From the NCBI GenBank assembly GCA_963813025.1, contig CAWEXO010000012.1, forward strand, positions 113,794 through 177,793: a stretch of 64,000 nucleotides of DNA, in the 5' to 3' direction. The position numbers and the translations under genes are program-made. Positions within the stretch are counted from its first letter, which is position 1. Every line of letters begins with the position of its first letter. Of the stretch, positions 51,228 to 61,119 are shown piece after piece. The notes beneath the pieces are model-generated. The model ran no database searches and was not told where the DNA came from. It saw nothing but the letters and a program-made list of their open reading frames with translations. This stretch comes from an uncultured Verrucomicrobiae bacterium (lineage in GTDB: Bacteria > Verrucomicrobiota > Verrucomicrobiia > Chthoniobacterales > JAFAMB01).

Positions 51228-53915
51228 TCAGCCCGCCAAGTACACTTCAGACAACATCGCAACATTCCTCCGATGCGTTTGATACACCTCCCAAAACTCC
51301 GAAAAGGTCGAAAAGCCAATGCGACGGGCAAGTACGTGTTGATCATGCTCGCCCGAAGGCAGAACGGAAACCGACGTATTATCCACCCGGCGCAAGGCCG
51401 ACTCGATCCGCCGGAAAAAACGATAGGCATCAGACAGGCTATCCCGGTTTTGCTCTGGCAGAATCGAATCCAGAGTGGCCAGCGCGGCTAACGTCCCCGG
51501 TTCTCGCCTGCCCTCCCGCATTTGCAGATATTGGGTGATGAATTCAATCGCCATCAAGCCGCCCGAACCGGTTTTAAAATTTAGTTCAGACGCTGACTTC
51601 GATCGCTCTTGCACGACTCGCCAATACATGCGGTAAATGCCGCGTTTCAGCTCCGGATCGGGTGGATGATGTCTCCAGAGCTCGTGCAAAGACTGGGCGA
51701 CTAGTTCCTGTTCCGGCCCGGTCAGCACGCGCGCTTTGGTGAGGGCCTGGATTTCCCAAAGTTGGGCTCGCCTCTCAAAATACTGCCGATAGCTCGATGC
51801 AGAGACAACCAGGGGACCAGATTCACCTTCCGGCCGAAGACGCAGATCGATTGGAAAAACCCGGCCTTCGGCTGTTTTCCGGCTCATCAAGGAAACCAAT
51901 TGCTCTGCTCGCGCTGGGTCCCGTCCGATGAAAACGAGATCGAGATCGGCGCCATACATCAATTCGCGTCCGCCGAATTTGCCGAAAGCGACGATCGTCA
52001 GGTCTACGATGCTCAGTTGCGCCAAGGCAAACTCGAGGCTTGCTTCGGCTAGATCCGTCATCTCGGTCTGCAGTTCTTCGAGCGACGCGAAACCGAGCAC
52101 ATCGCGCAACAGAATGCGAATCACCTCAGCCCGGCGGAAAAAACGCATGCGGTTCGGTAAATCCAGATCTTCTACGGGCTCGCGGAGGCCTCTCGCAAAA
52201 TCCGCTTTGGTCAATCGCACATTGAGGTTTCGCCCACGGGTAATCTCCTCAATCAATTGTGGGCGCCGAATGACGGTGTCGGAAAAAACCGCACTGGCAT
52301 CGAAGAGCCGGAGCAGCAGCTCGAGAAACCGAGGGTTGGCCAGCAATGTCTCGAAAAGTAAGCCGCGGATGCCGTAGGCATCCACAAAGCGCACAAACCG
52401 GTTGAGCGCCGCGTCGGGATCGGCGCAACGCCGCAGCCGACTCAGGAGTTCAGGCTCGAGCTTCGTGTAAAGCCGGCGAGTCCGCGGAGCAATATGCACG
52501 CTACTCGGTCCCTCTCGCAATCGAGCCATGCTTTTTTCGGCGTTCTCCTTGTCCGCGAAGAAACCCAAATCCCGGTTGGTTGGTTTCGTGCTGCTCTGGG
52601 TTGTCAGCAGATTTTCAAAAATGCGGCGAACCGCGCCGGTGTGTTCCGCCAAGTTTTGATCGAACGCGCCGAGATCGGAAAAGCGAAGACTGGCGGCGAT
52701 CCGCCACCGGCTCTCAGGTGCAGCCGGTAGCGTGTGGATCTGCTGCTCATTGATCATCTGAAGACGATGCTCAACCGCGCGTAAGAAAATATAGGCCTTC
52801 CGGAGAACCTCGACGGCAGAAGCTGGCAGTAACTCGAGCTCAGCGAGCGCGCGCAGAGCCTTTACCGTGTTCCGTTCCTGCAGAAAGGCGTGGCGCGCAC
52901 CGTGTAAAAGCTGCAGAGCTTGCACAATGAACTCGACTTCGCGGATGCCGCCGTAACCGAGTTTGATATTGCGATGGAGATCTTCGTGCCCAACCAGATC
53001 GCGTTCGATACGCAATTTCAGATCGGCAACTTCCTCGACCAGATCAGCCGAAACCGTTCTCGGAAAAATAAACGGCTGTAGGCGGTGATTGAATTCATAA
53101 AGCAGCTCTTCATCACCGGCGATTCCGCGCGCTTTGATCAAGGCCATACGCTCCCAGGTTTCGCCGTAGCCCGCGTAGTAGTTTTCCATGCTGGGAAAGG
53201 AACGGACTAACGGACCGGTGCTTCCTTCCGGTCGCAGTCGTAAATCGATGCGGAATAAGGGGTCTCGTTTCGCGCAGAAGATCTCGACGGTGCGTTCGGC
53301 TAAGCGAGTAAAGAATTCGTGGTAAGAAAAGCGCGGATTGACCCATCCGTCCTGGCCATAGAAAAAGATCAGATCGATGTCTGAACTGTAGTTTAACTCG
53401 AACCCGCCAAACTTGCCCATGGCCAGAATGCCAAACCCGCTCTCCGGGGTTCCCCAGCTACTGGACAATTTATCAAGACACGTCTGATAAACGTGCGTCA
53501 CGCACTTTTCCGCGACCACGGTGATGTCGCGCGTGCTCTCGGCGAAATCGGCCATTCCAGCAAACTCCCGGAATGCGATCCGGAGCATCTCCTGCGACTT
53601 CCAGGAGCGGAGACCAAGGCAATCCGGATCCTGACCGGGCTCCCAATCCCGCACACCCCCGCCCCCTTCTCGTGGATTCAATACATCCGGAGAAGTCATC
53701 CACTCGAGAAGCTCAGGCTTTTTGAGAATCTTCTCGAGCGACACCGGTGAAAAAGCCAGGAATTCGAGCAGCCGCGAGCCACCGTTGGCCAAGCGTCTGA
53801 GCAGCTCCGGGAGATCGGAGCAAGCCGCCTGGAGCTCCGCTAAAATCCGTTCGACCTCTGCCGGGTGCAGGGAATCCTCAATCAGCGGTTTCTTCCAGGA
53901 ATCGTCCGCAGACAT
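51228..53915 (-). CDS. glnE: Bifunctional glutamine synthetase adenylyltransferase/adenylyl-removing enzyme
   Basis: Two NT domains: MGKFGGFELNYSSDIDLIF…IDLRLRPEG and FGKFGGRELMYGADLDL…IDLRLRPEG; start at ATG 53915. Confidence 0.95.
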   Translation of the reverse strand: MSADDSWKKPLIEDSLHPAEVERILAELQAACSDLPELLRRLANGGSRLLEFLAFSPVSLEKILKKPELLEWMTSPDVLNPREGGGGVRDWEPGQDPDCLGLRSWKSQEMLRIAFREFAGMADFAESTRDITVVAEKCVTHVYQTCLDKLSSSWGTPESGFGILAMGKFGGFELNYSSDIDLIFFYGQDGWVNPRFSYHEFFTRLAERTVEIFCAKRDPLFRIDLRLRPEGSTGPLVRSFPSMENYYAGYGETWERMALIKARGIAGDEELLYEFNHRLQPFIFPRTVSADLVEEVADLKLRIERDLVGHEDLHRNIKLGYGGIREVEFIVQALQLLHGARHAFLQERNTVKALRALAELELLPASAVEVLRKAYIFLRAVEHRLQMINEQQIHTLPAAPESRWRIAASLRFSDLGAFDQNLAEHTGAVRRIFENLLTTQSSTKPTNRDLGFFADKENAEKSMARLREGPSSVHIAPRTRRLYTKLEPELLSRLRRCADPDAALNRFVRFVDAYGIRGLLFETLLANPRFLELLLRLFDASAVFSDTVIRRPQLIEEITRGRNLNVRLTKADFARGLREPVEDLDLPNRMRFFRRAEVIRILLRDVLGFASLEELQTEMTDLAEASLEFALAQLSIVDLTIVAFGKFGGRELMYGADLDLVFIGRDPARAEQLVSLMSRKTAEGRVFPIDLRLRPEGESGPLVVSASSYRQYFERRAQLWEIQALTKARVLTGPEQELVAQSLHELWRHHPPDPELKRGIYRMYWRVVQERSKSASELNFKTGSGGLMAIEFITQYLQMREGRREPGTLAALATLDSILPEQNRDSLSDAYRFFRRIESALRRVDNTSVSVLPSGEHDQHVLARRIGFSTFSEFWEVYQTHRRNVAMLSEVYLAG

Positions 53916-54090
53916 GGTGGAAGCATAGAGTGGGTAATCCTGTGGAGTCCAGGAGTTACAGGAGTCACAGGAGTCACAGGAGTTGGAGGGATTCGGGGAA
54001 TTCACACAATGTTCATTGGATTCGCCGCTTCGGAGATAGCGGAAAGAAAACCAGGGCGCGCGCAATACCAGCCTGGACTACCCGAGGGGT

Positions 54091-54160
54091 CTGGCACTGG
54101 CACTGGCACTGGCACTGGCACTGGCGCTGGCACTGGCACTAGCACTGATACCGGCACTGG
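54091..54160. repeat. Hexamer tandem repeat (CTGGCA)n
   Basis: Read directly; related arrays at 38257-38286, 43331-43370 and 43802-43816. Confidence 0.9.
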
Positions 54161-54236
54161 GCGTACGATGCGTACCTTCTGCTTGTCCATCTGCTGTTTT
54201 GTCTCTAGATGTTTAGGGTCACTCTGATTCTGTCCT

Positions 54237-55688
54237 GTGAAACGCCTGGTTCGAGTCGTCTTGATTGTGTTTGGCGCGCTCCTCGGAGTGTTCGGCTTAT
54301 CGCTTTTGGCCATTAATCTTTATGTGCAATCTCCTGGGACGCAGCTGAAGATCCGGGAGGCGGTTAGTGGCAGCCTGGGCCTGCCCATCAGTGTTTTCCG
54401 GATCTCCTTCACCCCTTGGGGCGGCTTTCTTTTCCAGGACGTCACGATTGGCAACCCGGCGGCCCAATTCCCTTTGGCGCGTGCCGAACGATTGACTGTA
54501 GTCTGTGACTTCCTTCCCTTTTTTCATCGTCGAGTCTCGATAAAAAGAATCGTCCTCCAGCGGGTTGATCTAAATATTCCCGTTTCATCTCCCGACGTCG
54601 TGGCTGATTCCGATGAGCAGAGCTACGAACAAAACACGCCGGCGCCAACCGAGAGCCCTCCGATCGCGAATCGGCCGGCTTCTCCCTCCAACCCGGTCCT
54701 CCGACGGCATGGCCGTGAGCGTTGGCTGCCGCTGCCTCACCATTTCTGGCTCGAAATCCGGAAAATCCAGATGATCGACAGCAGCGTTCATCTCATCACT
54801 CCCGACGGCGCGACTGTTCTCAATATGCGAGGAGTGGAATGTGCCGTGAATTTTCAGAACGGCGATTTTCTTGGCAAATTGCGAACCGACGCCGCGATCC
54901 TCCAGGACTCTGTGGCTCTCGAGGACATTGCATCGCCGATCTCCTGTCGCGGCGGTAATCTGCAGCTGGAGCAGATCACCGGAGTATTGTCCGGAGGCCA
55001 GTTGCACGGGAACTTCGGCATTGATTTAAATAACCCGGATTATCCCTACCGTTTGAACGTTCAAATCGAGGGCGTGAATCTCAATGAAATGGCCAGCCGC
55101 GCCGGTGGAGTCCTGGATCGCGCTCACGGCACCTTGGAAGGCAATTTTGAGCTGAACGGTTCTGCCGCTGATAACTCGGAAACTTTCGGCAAAGGCTTTT
55201 TGGCATTAAAGACCGGTTACGTGGACCAATACCCTTTATTACAGGAGATCGGCAAATGGACACAAATCGACGAGTTGCGCAGACTGGAGCTCGAGGAAGC
55301 GGAATCGCACTTCCGAGTTGTCGGCTCTACAGTGAAGGTCGATTCGCTGCGCTTGGTCTCCAAAAACTGCCGGATCGATCTCTGGGGAAAGGTCGAGAAC
55401 GCGCGGAATCTCGCTTTGGAAGGCCGACTGACGGTCAGCCCCTTTTTGAGCCAGAAGATTCCCCGGGAACTGGAAGATAATTTCGTTACGGCGTCAGATG
55501 GCCGTAGCCGAGTTCTGGATTTCCAGGTCAGTGGTCCAATCTTGCGGCCACAAACCAATTTGTTTGATCGTATGATCGGTGACCGCCGGCGGCTGTTGCG
55601 TCGCCTGATTCGCGGTGATCGGCACGATCACAACCACGATCAGGACTCCAGTAAGTTCTCCGCTCCGCGCCAGACCACTCAGAGCTGA
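54237..55688 (+). CDS. AsmA-like family protein
   Basis: N-terminal TM anchor, beta-taco-like repeats, LDFQVSGPILRPQT C-terminal motif. Confidence 0.75.
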   Translation: MKRLVRVVLIVFGALLGVFGLSLLAINLYVQSPGTQLKIREAVSGSLGLPISVFRISFTPWGGFLFQDVTIGNPAAQFPLARAERLTVVCDFLPFFHRRVSIKRIVLQRVDLNIPVSSPDVVADSDEQSYEQNTPAPTESPPIANRPASPSNPVLRRHGRERWLPLPHHFWLEIRKIQMIDSSVHLITPDGATVLNMRGVECAVNFQNGDFLGKLRTDAAILQDSVALEDIASPISCRGGNLQLEQITGVLSGGQLHGNFGIDLNNPDYPYRLNVQIEGVNLNEMASRAGGVLDRAHGTLEGNFELNGSAADNSETFGKGFLALKTGYVDQYPLLQEIGKWTQIDELRRLELEEAESHFRVVGSTVKVDSLRLVSKNCRIDLWGKVENARNLALEGRLTVSPFLSQKIPRELEDNFVTASDGRSRVLDFQVSGPILRPQTNLFDRMIGDRRRLLRRLIRGDRHDHNHDQDSSKFSAPRQTTQS

Positions 55689-56227
55689 TGAGAGTCATTG
55701 CCGGCTCTGCCCGAGGCGTTGTGCTGCAAGTACCCGCCTACGACGTACGTCCGACAATGGACAAGACGCGTAGCGCGGTTTTCTCCGCCCTGGGCGAACG
55801 AGTTCCAGGCGCGGACGTTCTCGATCTGTTTGCCGGATCGGGTGGCCTCGGAATCGAAGCATTGAGCCGTGGTGCCGCCTCAGCCACCTTTGTTGACGCC
55901 CATTTTCGAGCGGTGCAAACGATCCGCCAAAATCTGGAGAGGACCCGTCTCCGCGGCGCGATTTTCCGGGAGGATGCCTTGCGTTTTCTGGAGCGGTCCG
56001 ATGCACAATTTGACCTGATTTTTGCTGATCCACCCTATGTGAAACGTCCCGAAGACCGGAATTTCGCGATCGAGCTGTTGAACACCCATCATCTCGTTCG
56101 CGCGCTGACCGAGAACGGGCTGTTCATTCTCGAAAGATCGGATCAAGCGCCCATCGGCGCAGGCTGGCAGATACTTCGGTCGAAACGTTACGGGGATACG
56201 GAGATCCTGTTCCTGACGCGTGGGTAA
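55688..56227 (+). CDS. rsmD: 16S rRNA m2G966 methyltransferase
   Basis: MRVIAGSARG, VRPT, LDLFAGSGGLGIEALSRGA, FADPPY. Confidence 0.95.
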   Translation: MRVIAGSARGVVLQVPAYDVRPTMDKTRSAVFSALGERVPGADVLDLFAGSGGLGIEALSRGAASATFVDAHFRAVQTIRQNLERTRLRGAIFREDALRFLERSDAQFDLIFADPPYVKRPEDRNFAIELLNTHHLVRALTENGLFILERSDQAPIGAGWQILRSKRYGDTEILFLTRG

Positions 56228-56241
56228 CGCGCAAGTCGCCA

Positions 56242-57564
56242 ATGTTACTCGCGCTTTACAACCTCCTTCTCCCGTTCGCGCTGCTCGGTTCGTTTCCTTT
56301 TTACTTGCGGCGGATGCTTAAAAGAGGAGGGTATGCGCACAACTTTGTTCAGCGCTTCGGCCTCTATTCCAGACGATTGCGTTCCCATCTGGCCAACAGA
56401 GACTGGATTTGGATCCGGGCGGTCAGTGTGGGCGAGATGCTGCAGGCGCTCGATCTTGCGGCAAAGCTCCGTGCGCTGCACCCGACATTGCAATTCATCA
56501 TCTCGACTACCACATCGACCGGTTACGCTCTGGGAAAGCAAAGGGCCGATCCATCCATCATGGAGATCGTTTACAGCCCGCTCGATTTCTATCCAATCGT
56601 TCTGCACGTGTTTCAGCTTGCCAACCCGCGAGCGATCGTCCTTATCGATTCGGATCTCTGGCCGAGCTTTTTGGCCGTCGCGGCCAAACAAAAGGCGCCG
56701 GTCTATGTTGCCAACGCGCGTCTTTCACCCCGATCGGAGCAGCGTTACCGCAAACTCCGGTGGATCGCGCAGGAATTTTTTTGGGACCGGCTGACGCTCC
56801 TCTGCGCACAAGACGAAGCTGATGGACGTCGCTGGCGGGAGCTCGGATTAACGGAAAAGCAGATTCAAGTGACGGGCAGCTTGAAATACGACACAACGAA
56901 AGATACCGCCGTGGAGCAATCGCCCGACTTCAGTAAATGGCTGGCGGCACGCGGTTTTGATCCGGCCCGGCCGATCTTGCTGGGCGGCAGCCTGCATCAC
57001 GGCGAGGAAGAACTGCTCAGCGAATGTTTTCAGAGTCTTTTGCCCCAATTCCCCGCATTATTTCTCGTGCTGGCGCCGCGGCACGCGGAACGAACCCCGG
57101 AAATTGAGGAGCTCCTGCGCCGCCGCGAACTGTCGTACGCGTTACGCCTGGAGGGCAAACTGGTCGCGGAAACCGCCGTGCTGGTTCTCAACTCGACGGG
57201 CGAACTAAAGCACTGGTACCAAGCCGCGCAGGTCGTCGTAATGGGCAAAAGCTTCCGCGGCAAAGGCGGCCAAAATCCCGTTGAACCGATCCTGGCCGGC
57301 AAACCGGTGGTTTGCGGACCGCACATGGAAAACTTCGCGCACCTGATGGCGGAACTTCGTGAAGCAGACGCCGTCGTACAGGTATTTGCGGAGGACGCCC
57401 TGTCCCCGGCGGTTGGATCGCTGCTGGCAAATCCAGCCCGCGCGCAGGAGCTTGTCCGGAATGCCAGCCAGGTTTTGGCACAGCATCGCGGGGCGATCGA
57501 GCGCACCGCGAGACTTGTGTTGGCCGGAATGAAGCCGCAGGCAACTGGAGGGCGCATATTTTAA
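56242..57564 (+). CDS. waaA: Kdo transferase
   Basis: IWIRAVSVGE, ISTTTSTG, NARLS, TGSLKYD, LAPRHAER, GGQNPVEP, GPHMENF. Confidence 0.95.
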   Translation: MLLALYNLLLPFALLGSFPFYLRRMLKRGGYAHNFVQRFGLYSRRLRSHLANRDWIWIRAVSVGEMLQALDLAAKLRALHPTLQFIISTTTSTGYALGKQRADPSIMEIVYSPLDFYPIVLHVFQLANPRAIVLIDSDLWPSFLAVAAKQKAPVYVANARLSPRSEQRYRKLRWIAQEFFWDRLTLLCAQDEADGRRWRELGLTEKQIQVTGSLKYDTTKDTAVEQSPDFSKWLAARGFDPARPILLGGSLHHGEEELLSECFQSLLPQFPALFLVLAPRHAERTPEIEELLRRRELSYALRLEGKLVAETAVLVLNSTGELKHWYQAAQVVVMGKSFRGKGGQNPVEPILAGKPVVCGPHMENFAHLMAELREADAVVQVFAEDALSPAVGSLLANPARAQELVRNASQVLAQHRGAIERTARLVLAGMKPQATGGRIF

Positions 57565-57699
57565 TCGATACCTGATCAACGAGCAACGCAGCGGCCGGCC
57601 CATATCAACGCAACCCTTTGGGCTGGGGCGATGACACCATTATACGCGAGACGGTGCACTAGACCGAATAGATCGTGCGCCGCTGCGTCCATTTGGAAT

Positions 57700-57921
57700 A
57701 TGAAAAAAACATTCCTCGCATTTATCGTGGTCGGATCAGTCCTTGGGAACTGCCTGACCGCATTTGCCGACGAGGACCGGCGAGATCACGACTGGAATGA
57801 CGAGTACTGGCATCATAATCATTACGGATATTGGCATGGTGAGCGAGGCTACTGGCATCGCCATCATCATCACCATGAATTCATCCAGGTTGGCCCCGTC
57901 ACGATAGAAAAGAGTCACTAA
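57700..57921 (+). CDS. Secreted His/Trp-rich peptide
   Basis: Signal peptide ending AFA, then DEYWHHNHYGYWHGERGYWHRHHHHH. Confidence 0.7.
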   Translation: MKKTFLAFIVVGSVLGNCLTAFADEDRRDHDWNDEYWHHNHYGYWHGERGYWHRHHHHHEFIQVGPVTIEKSH

Positions 57922-57971
57922 GCACCATGCCAACCCCCGACTCAGCCGCGGTAACTCCCAAATCGCAGATT

Positions 57972-57999
57972 ACAATCTTGCCCCGAGGGGCAAGATTGT
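57972..57999. terminator. Perfect 13-bp inverted repeat between convergent small genes
   Basis: ACAATCTTGCCCC-GA-GGGGCAAGATTGT. Confidence 0.5.
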
Positions 58000-58134
58000 C
58001 ATGCGTCCGGAGGATCATCATACGGCCCGGATGAGCGAATCCGTGAGGATTTCGATCGCCGGGCCGTTTTGCCTCGGGGATTTATATCTCCAGGGTGAAA
58101 TTCGTCCTGTAAAAAGGGGGGTCTTCCCCTGCGC

Positions 58135-58302
58135 TCAAAGGTGAGTCACCTGCGCCAGCGCCCAAATCAGAGAGAGCGCCGCAATAACAACCATAACTCG
58201 CTTCGCGCGCCCGGCCGTTGGGGCATCACCTCGCCTCCATTTTTCGAATTCTCGCCGAATCTGCGCCAATTCATTCGGTTGCCGATTCCATGGCCATTGC
58301 AT
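58135..58302 (-). CDS. Small membrane protein (55 aa)
   Basis: C-terminal hydrophobic helix VMVVIAALSLIWALA. Confidence 0.45.
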   Translation of the reverse strand: MQWPWNRQPNELAQIRREFEKWRRGDAPTAGRAKRVMVVIAALSLIWALAQVTHL

Positions 58303-58469
58303 TGTGATCACATCTGACGAGCGATGTGACCGGAAATTCAAAAAAAAGCCGGACGCCCCCGTGAGAAGATGTTTCGGAGTTGCAAGCGTTGGCTATCGGC
58401 TGGGTGAACAGCGTGAACTTTGTCCTTGCGTGCGGGCATCGCCATGTCACCTTACCGGCTCTCAATTTT

Positions 58470-58542
58470 GACCCTATCGTCCAGTGGCCTAGGACACCGC
58501 CCTTTCACGGCGGTAACACGGGTTCGAATCCCGTTAGGGTCG
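58470..58542 (+). tRNA. tRNA-Glu(TTC), CCA not encoded
   Basis: GACCCTA/TAGGGTC acceptor stem, CCGCC-CTTTCAC-GGCGG anticodon arm, GGTTCGAATCC. Confidence 0.97.
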
Positions 58543-58778
58543 CTAATAGACCTAACAGATTAATAACGAGGATCTTACGAAGGATTCTTAAGCGTCAATG
58601 AGAAGGTGGTGAGAATGATTTTCCTAGGGAGGAGTGGAGAAAACCGTTTTTGGTTATTCGCCTTTTTGGACCAGGCCCCGATAGCCCTTTGAGCGAGGTA
58701 CTTGCGAATCTTCCGATGATCCACTTCGCTGATGCCTGTAGCGTCATGCCTACCCATCCCTTTACCTCAAAATCGCAG

Positions 58779-59858
58779 ATGAAAGAACCTCCTCCAGATG
58801 CGGCTCAGATTCACGAGATGATCCGTGGACTGTCTCAGAAGCACATTCTGAGTAACAGCCCACAGACCTACGTCGATGATTTTGTGGTGGCGGCCCTGGA
58901 GGTGTACGACCCCGCTACGCTCCAGAAAACCCTTCAGCATAAATTCTTCATTCCCGATGAGGCCAACTACAAGGAGGATACCTATTACCAGAGCGCCTCC
59001 GAGCTGAGTGTTTCCCACTATATCAAGCAGAAGGAAAAACAGAAGCTGGTAACCAACTTCGAGTGCGACCACCGACTTAATTTACCCAGCCTAAAGGACG
59101 TGGATAACTACTTCCGAGTCCGATCGACCAAGGTCTCGCTAGAGGTAAAGTGCCCGCTGGAGGACAAGCAGGCTCCGTTCCCTGGCAATATCACGCTAAG
59201 AACGGTGGGCAGAGCGCCCGATGTTACGGGAATTGAGCGGATGAAAGAGATCTTCGAGTCACGCACTTCGGGTACAAACTTTCCTATGGGGAAGAATCCT
59301 GATCTAAGAATGAAGGACTGTTTGGAGTCGGCTAACGAGAAGTTCAACTCTAAATCCGGAGTTGATGATTTGAATCTCCTGTTTCTCTCATGTGGCCAAT
59401 TTCACAACATGAGCGAGTGGTATATTTGCCTCTATGGACCCGGAGGACTCTTCACCTCCCAGCCATTTGCCCCAGAAGCTCGATGTCCGAAGGTCGATTT
59501 AGTAGTTCTATCGAACCTTAAATATCGCCACGAACAAGCAAGGGCGCACTCAGCCTGGACGCTGGACGACGTTTTGTTGTTGCCGATCGTCAATCATCAT
59601 GGCCGGTCCAATCGGACAAGCGATGCAATCGAAGAAGGACTCAGTGTATTTCATCACTTTCAAAAAGAGTTTGCTCTATTCCACGGCAGGGAACTTGTAT
59701 GGGACAAGCAAAGCGAGAGTTTGGTGGAATTTGAGAAACAGATCAAGGTGAGCTGTTTCGTGATGGAGCATCTAACTCCAGCGGAGTTCGCCCGATTTTT
59801 CCCGACTATCGACCGGTCGAAGTTTGAAAAATCGCCTGGCCAGAGTCGCTCAGTGTAG
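58779..59858 (+). CDS. Hypothetical protein with PD-(D/E)XK-like motif
   Basis: ASELSV…KDVD…SLEVKCP; start uncertain (58650-58779); first gene after tRNA-Glu. Confidence 0.65.
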   Translation: MKEPPPDAAQIHEMIRGLSQKHILSNSPQTYVDDFVVAALEVYDPATLQKTLQHKFFIPDEANYKEDTYYQSASELSVSHYIKQKEKQKLVTNFECDHRLNLPSLKDVDNYFRVRSTKVSLEVKCPLEDKQAPFPGNITLRTVGRAPDVTGIERMKEIFESRTSGTNFPMGKNPDLRMKDCLESANEKFNSKSGVDDLNLLFLSCGQFHNMSEWYICLYGPGGLFTSQPFAPEARCPKVDLVVLSNLKYRHEQARAHSAWTLDDVLLLPIVNHHGRSNRTSDAIEEGLSVFHHFQKEFALFHGRELVWDKQSESLVEFEKQIKVSCFVMEHLTPAEFARFFPTIDRSKFEKSPGQSRSV

Positions 59859-60323
59859 CTGGGTCCGACCGTAAAGATCCGATTGAATTGCTGTTTGACC
59901 AGCTAAGAGCGCGGCGGTTGGCGACAGAGCAAAAGGATGCGAGATTCGCCCATTATCGAGACGCAACTTCCACTTTTTTTACGCGGCAAAGTTCTTGGCC
60001 TTCGGCCGCTGGCCCTACATTTCTGGCATGTCACCCTGTAGCCCTTTTCAGGTTTGCTAACGTAATTTAACCCTCTCATCATTATAAACCTGGAACCGCA
60101 GAATGGGGAGGGCTCGGTTCTCTGAAGCTCACTGACTGGATCCGCCAGAAACGTTTCGATCTTTTTTTCCGTCGAACGTAGCAGCTTGTGCCCACCATTA
60201 AGGGCGGATAGAGCGTCTCCGGAATAATGCCGATCAATGCGGCGAGCTGAGAATCACTATACGGGCATCGGTTTCGGTACTTCTGAAGACGAGCGGTAAG
60301 GTCTGAGGGCATCTCAGCAGGAA

Positions 60324-60614
60324 TCACCCCAGGTACTGGACCTGATTTTTTCCATCGCGTACCGCCACCGATGATCCAGGGTCAGCAAGTTCTAATGTGA
60401 TCGTCGATCCGTCCTCGAACTGAAGGGTGAAAGCAGCGCCGTCTTCCTGGATTGATCTGAGCTTGGCTCCTGCCAACACATCCGGGGTGCCCGTCGTCTT
60501 TACTCTCATTGTCGATTCATCGTCGAATAGGATCACCAGCTTGCCGGGTTCGCTGGTCGCGACCCGAACCGTTCGACCAGCAACGACGTTGGTCAGTTTC
60601 TGGTTTCTTGGCAT
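60324..60614 (-). CDS. Hypothetical beta-rich protein, paralogue of 37401-37712
   Basis: Full-length similarity to the earlier copy. Confidence 0.75.
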   Translation of the reverse strand: MPRNQKLTNVVAGRTVRVATSEPGKLVILFDDESTMRVKTTGTPDVLAGAKLRSIQEDGAAFTLQFEDGSTITLELADPGSSVAVRDGKNQVQYLG

Positions 60615-60617
60615 AAT

Positions 60618-61115
60618 CTACTGGCCTGTCCCGCCAGCTGGTAAATACCCGCTATCAAGAGCGTCGATCTCGGTCATAAATTTCCCTTGCTTCGTTTTGC
60701 CGTAGTACCGTGAGCCTGGCCTCCAGAATTTACCAGACCGAGTGTTCACCCACACCTCGCTCTGCGTGGCTGTTTCGGGCGCAAACTGCGCAACTCGCTC
60801 CTCCGAGGCGGGCGGACTTTTGGCGACGTACTTCTGGTAGGCGCTGATCCAGTCAGTTGCGATCTCGTGCTGCGCGGTTTTTAAGTCAACCTTCCCGTTA
60901 CAGACAAGGTTATGCAGTCTTCGCTCAAGCACATCCTTCACCGCCGCGTTCCATGGCGTCGTATTGTATGACTGCGCCAAAGGTTTCGGATCGAGTTCGA
61001 ACCGCCAATCGAAAGCGGGATCAGGTGATCAAGCTGGTAATCACGCGGATTTGGGGAGGTGATTCCGTAGATCTTAAACGCCTGGATTCGAAGCGAGCGT
61101 GGTACAGCTCGCCGT
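60618..61115 (-). pseudogene. HNH-endonuclease-like protein, 5'-truncated and frameshifted
   Basis: DYQLDHLIPLSIGGSNSIRNLW (shift) QSY…WNAAVKDVLERRLHNLVC…AQHEIATDW, plus VWVNTRSG…YGKTKQGKFM tail. Confidence 0.75.
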
Positions 61116-61119
61116 CTTC

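Noticed and set aside
53916..54065. N-terminal extension of glnE in the ORF track
   Set aside because: Runs through an intergenic tandem repeat (SCDSCDS); ATG 53915 is more plausible
53865..54313. ORFs with GT, HW or PV dipeptide runs
   Set aside because: Translations of the intergenic CTGGCA tandem repeat
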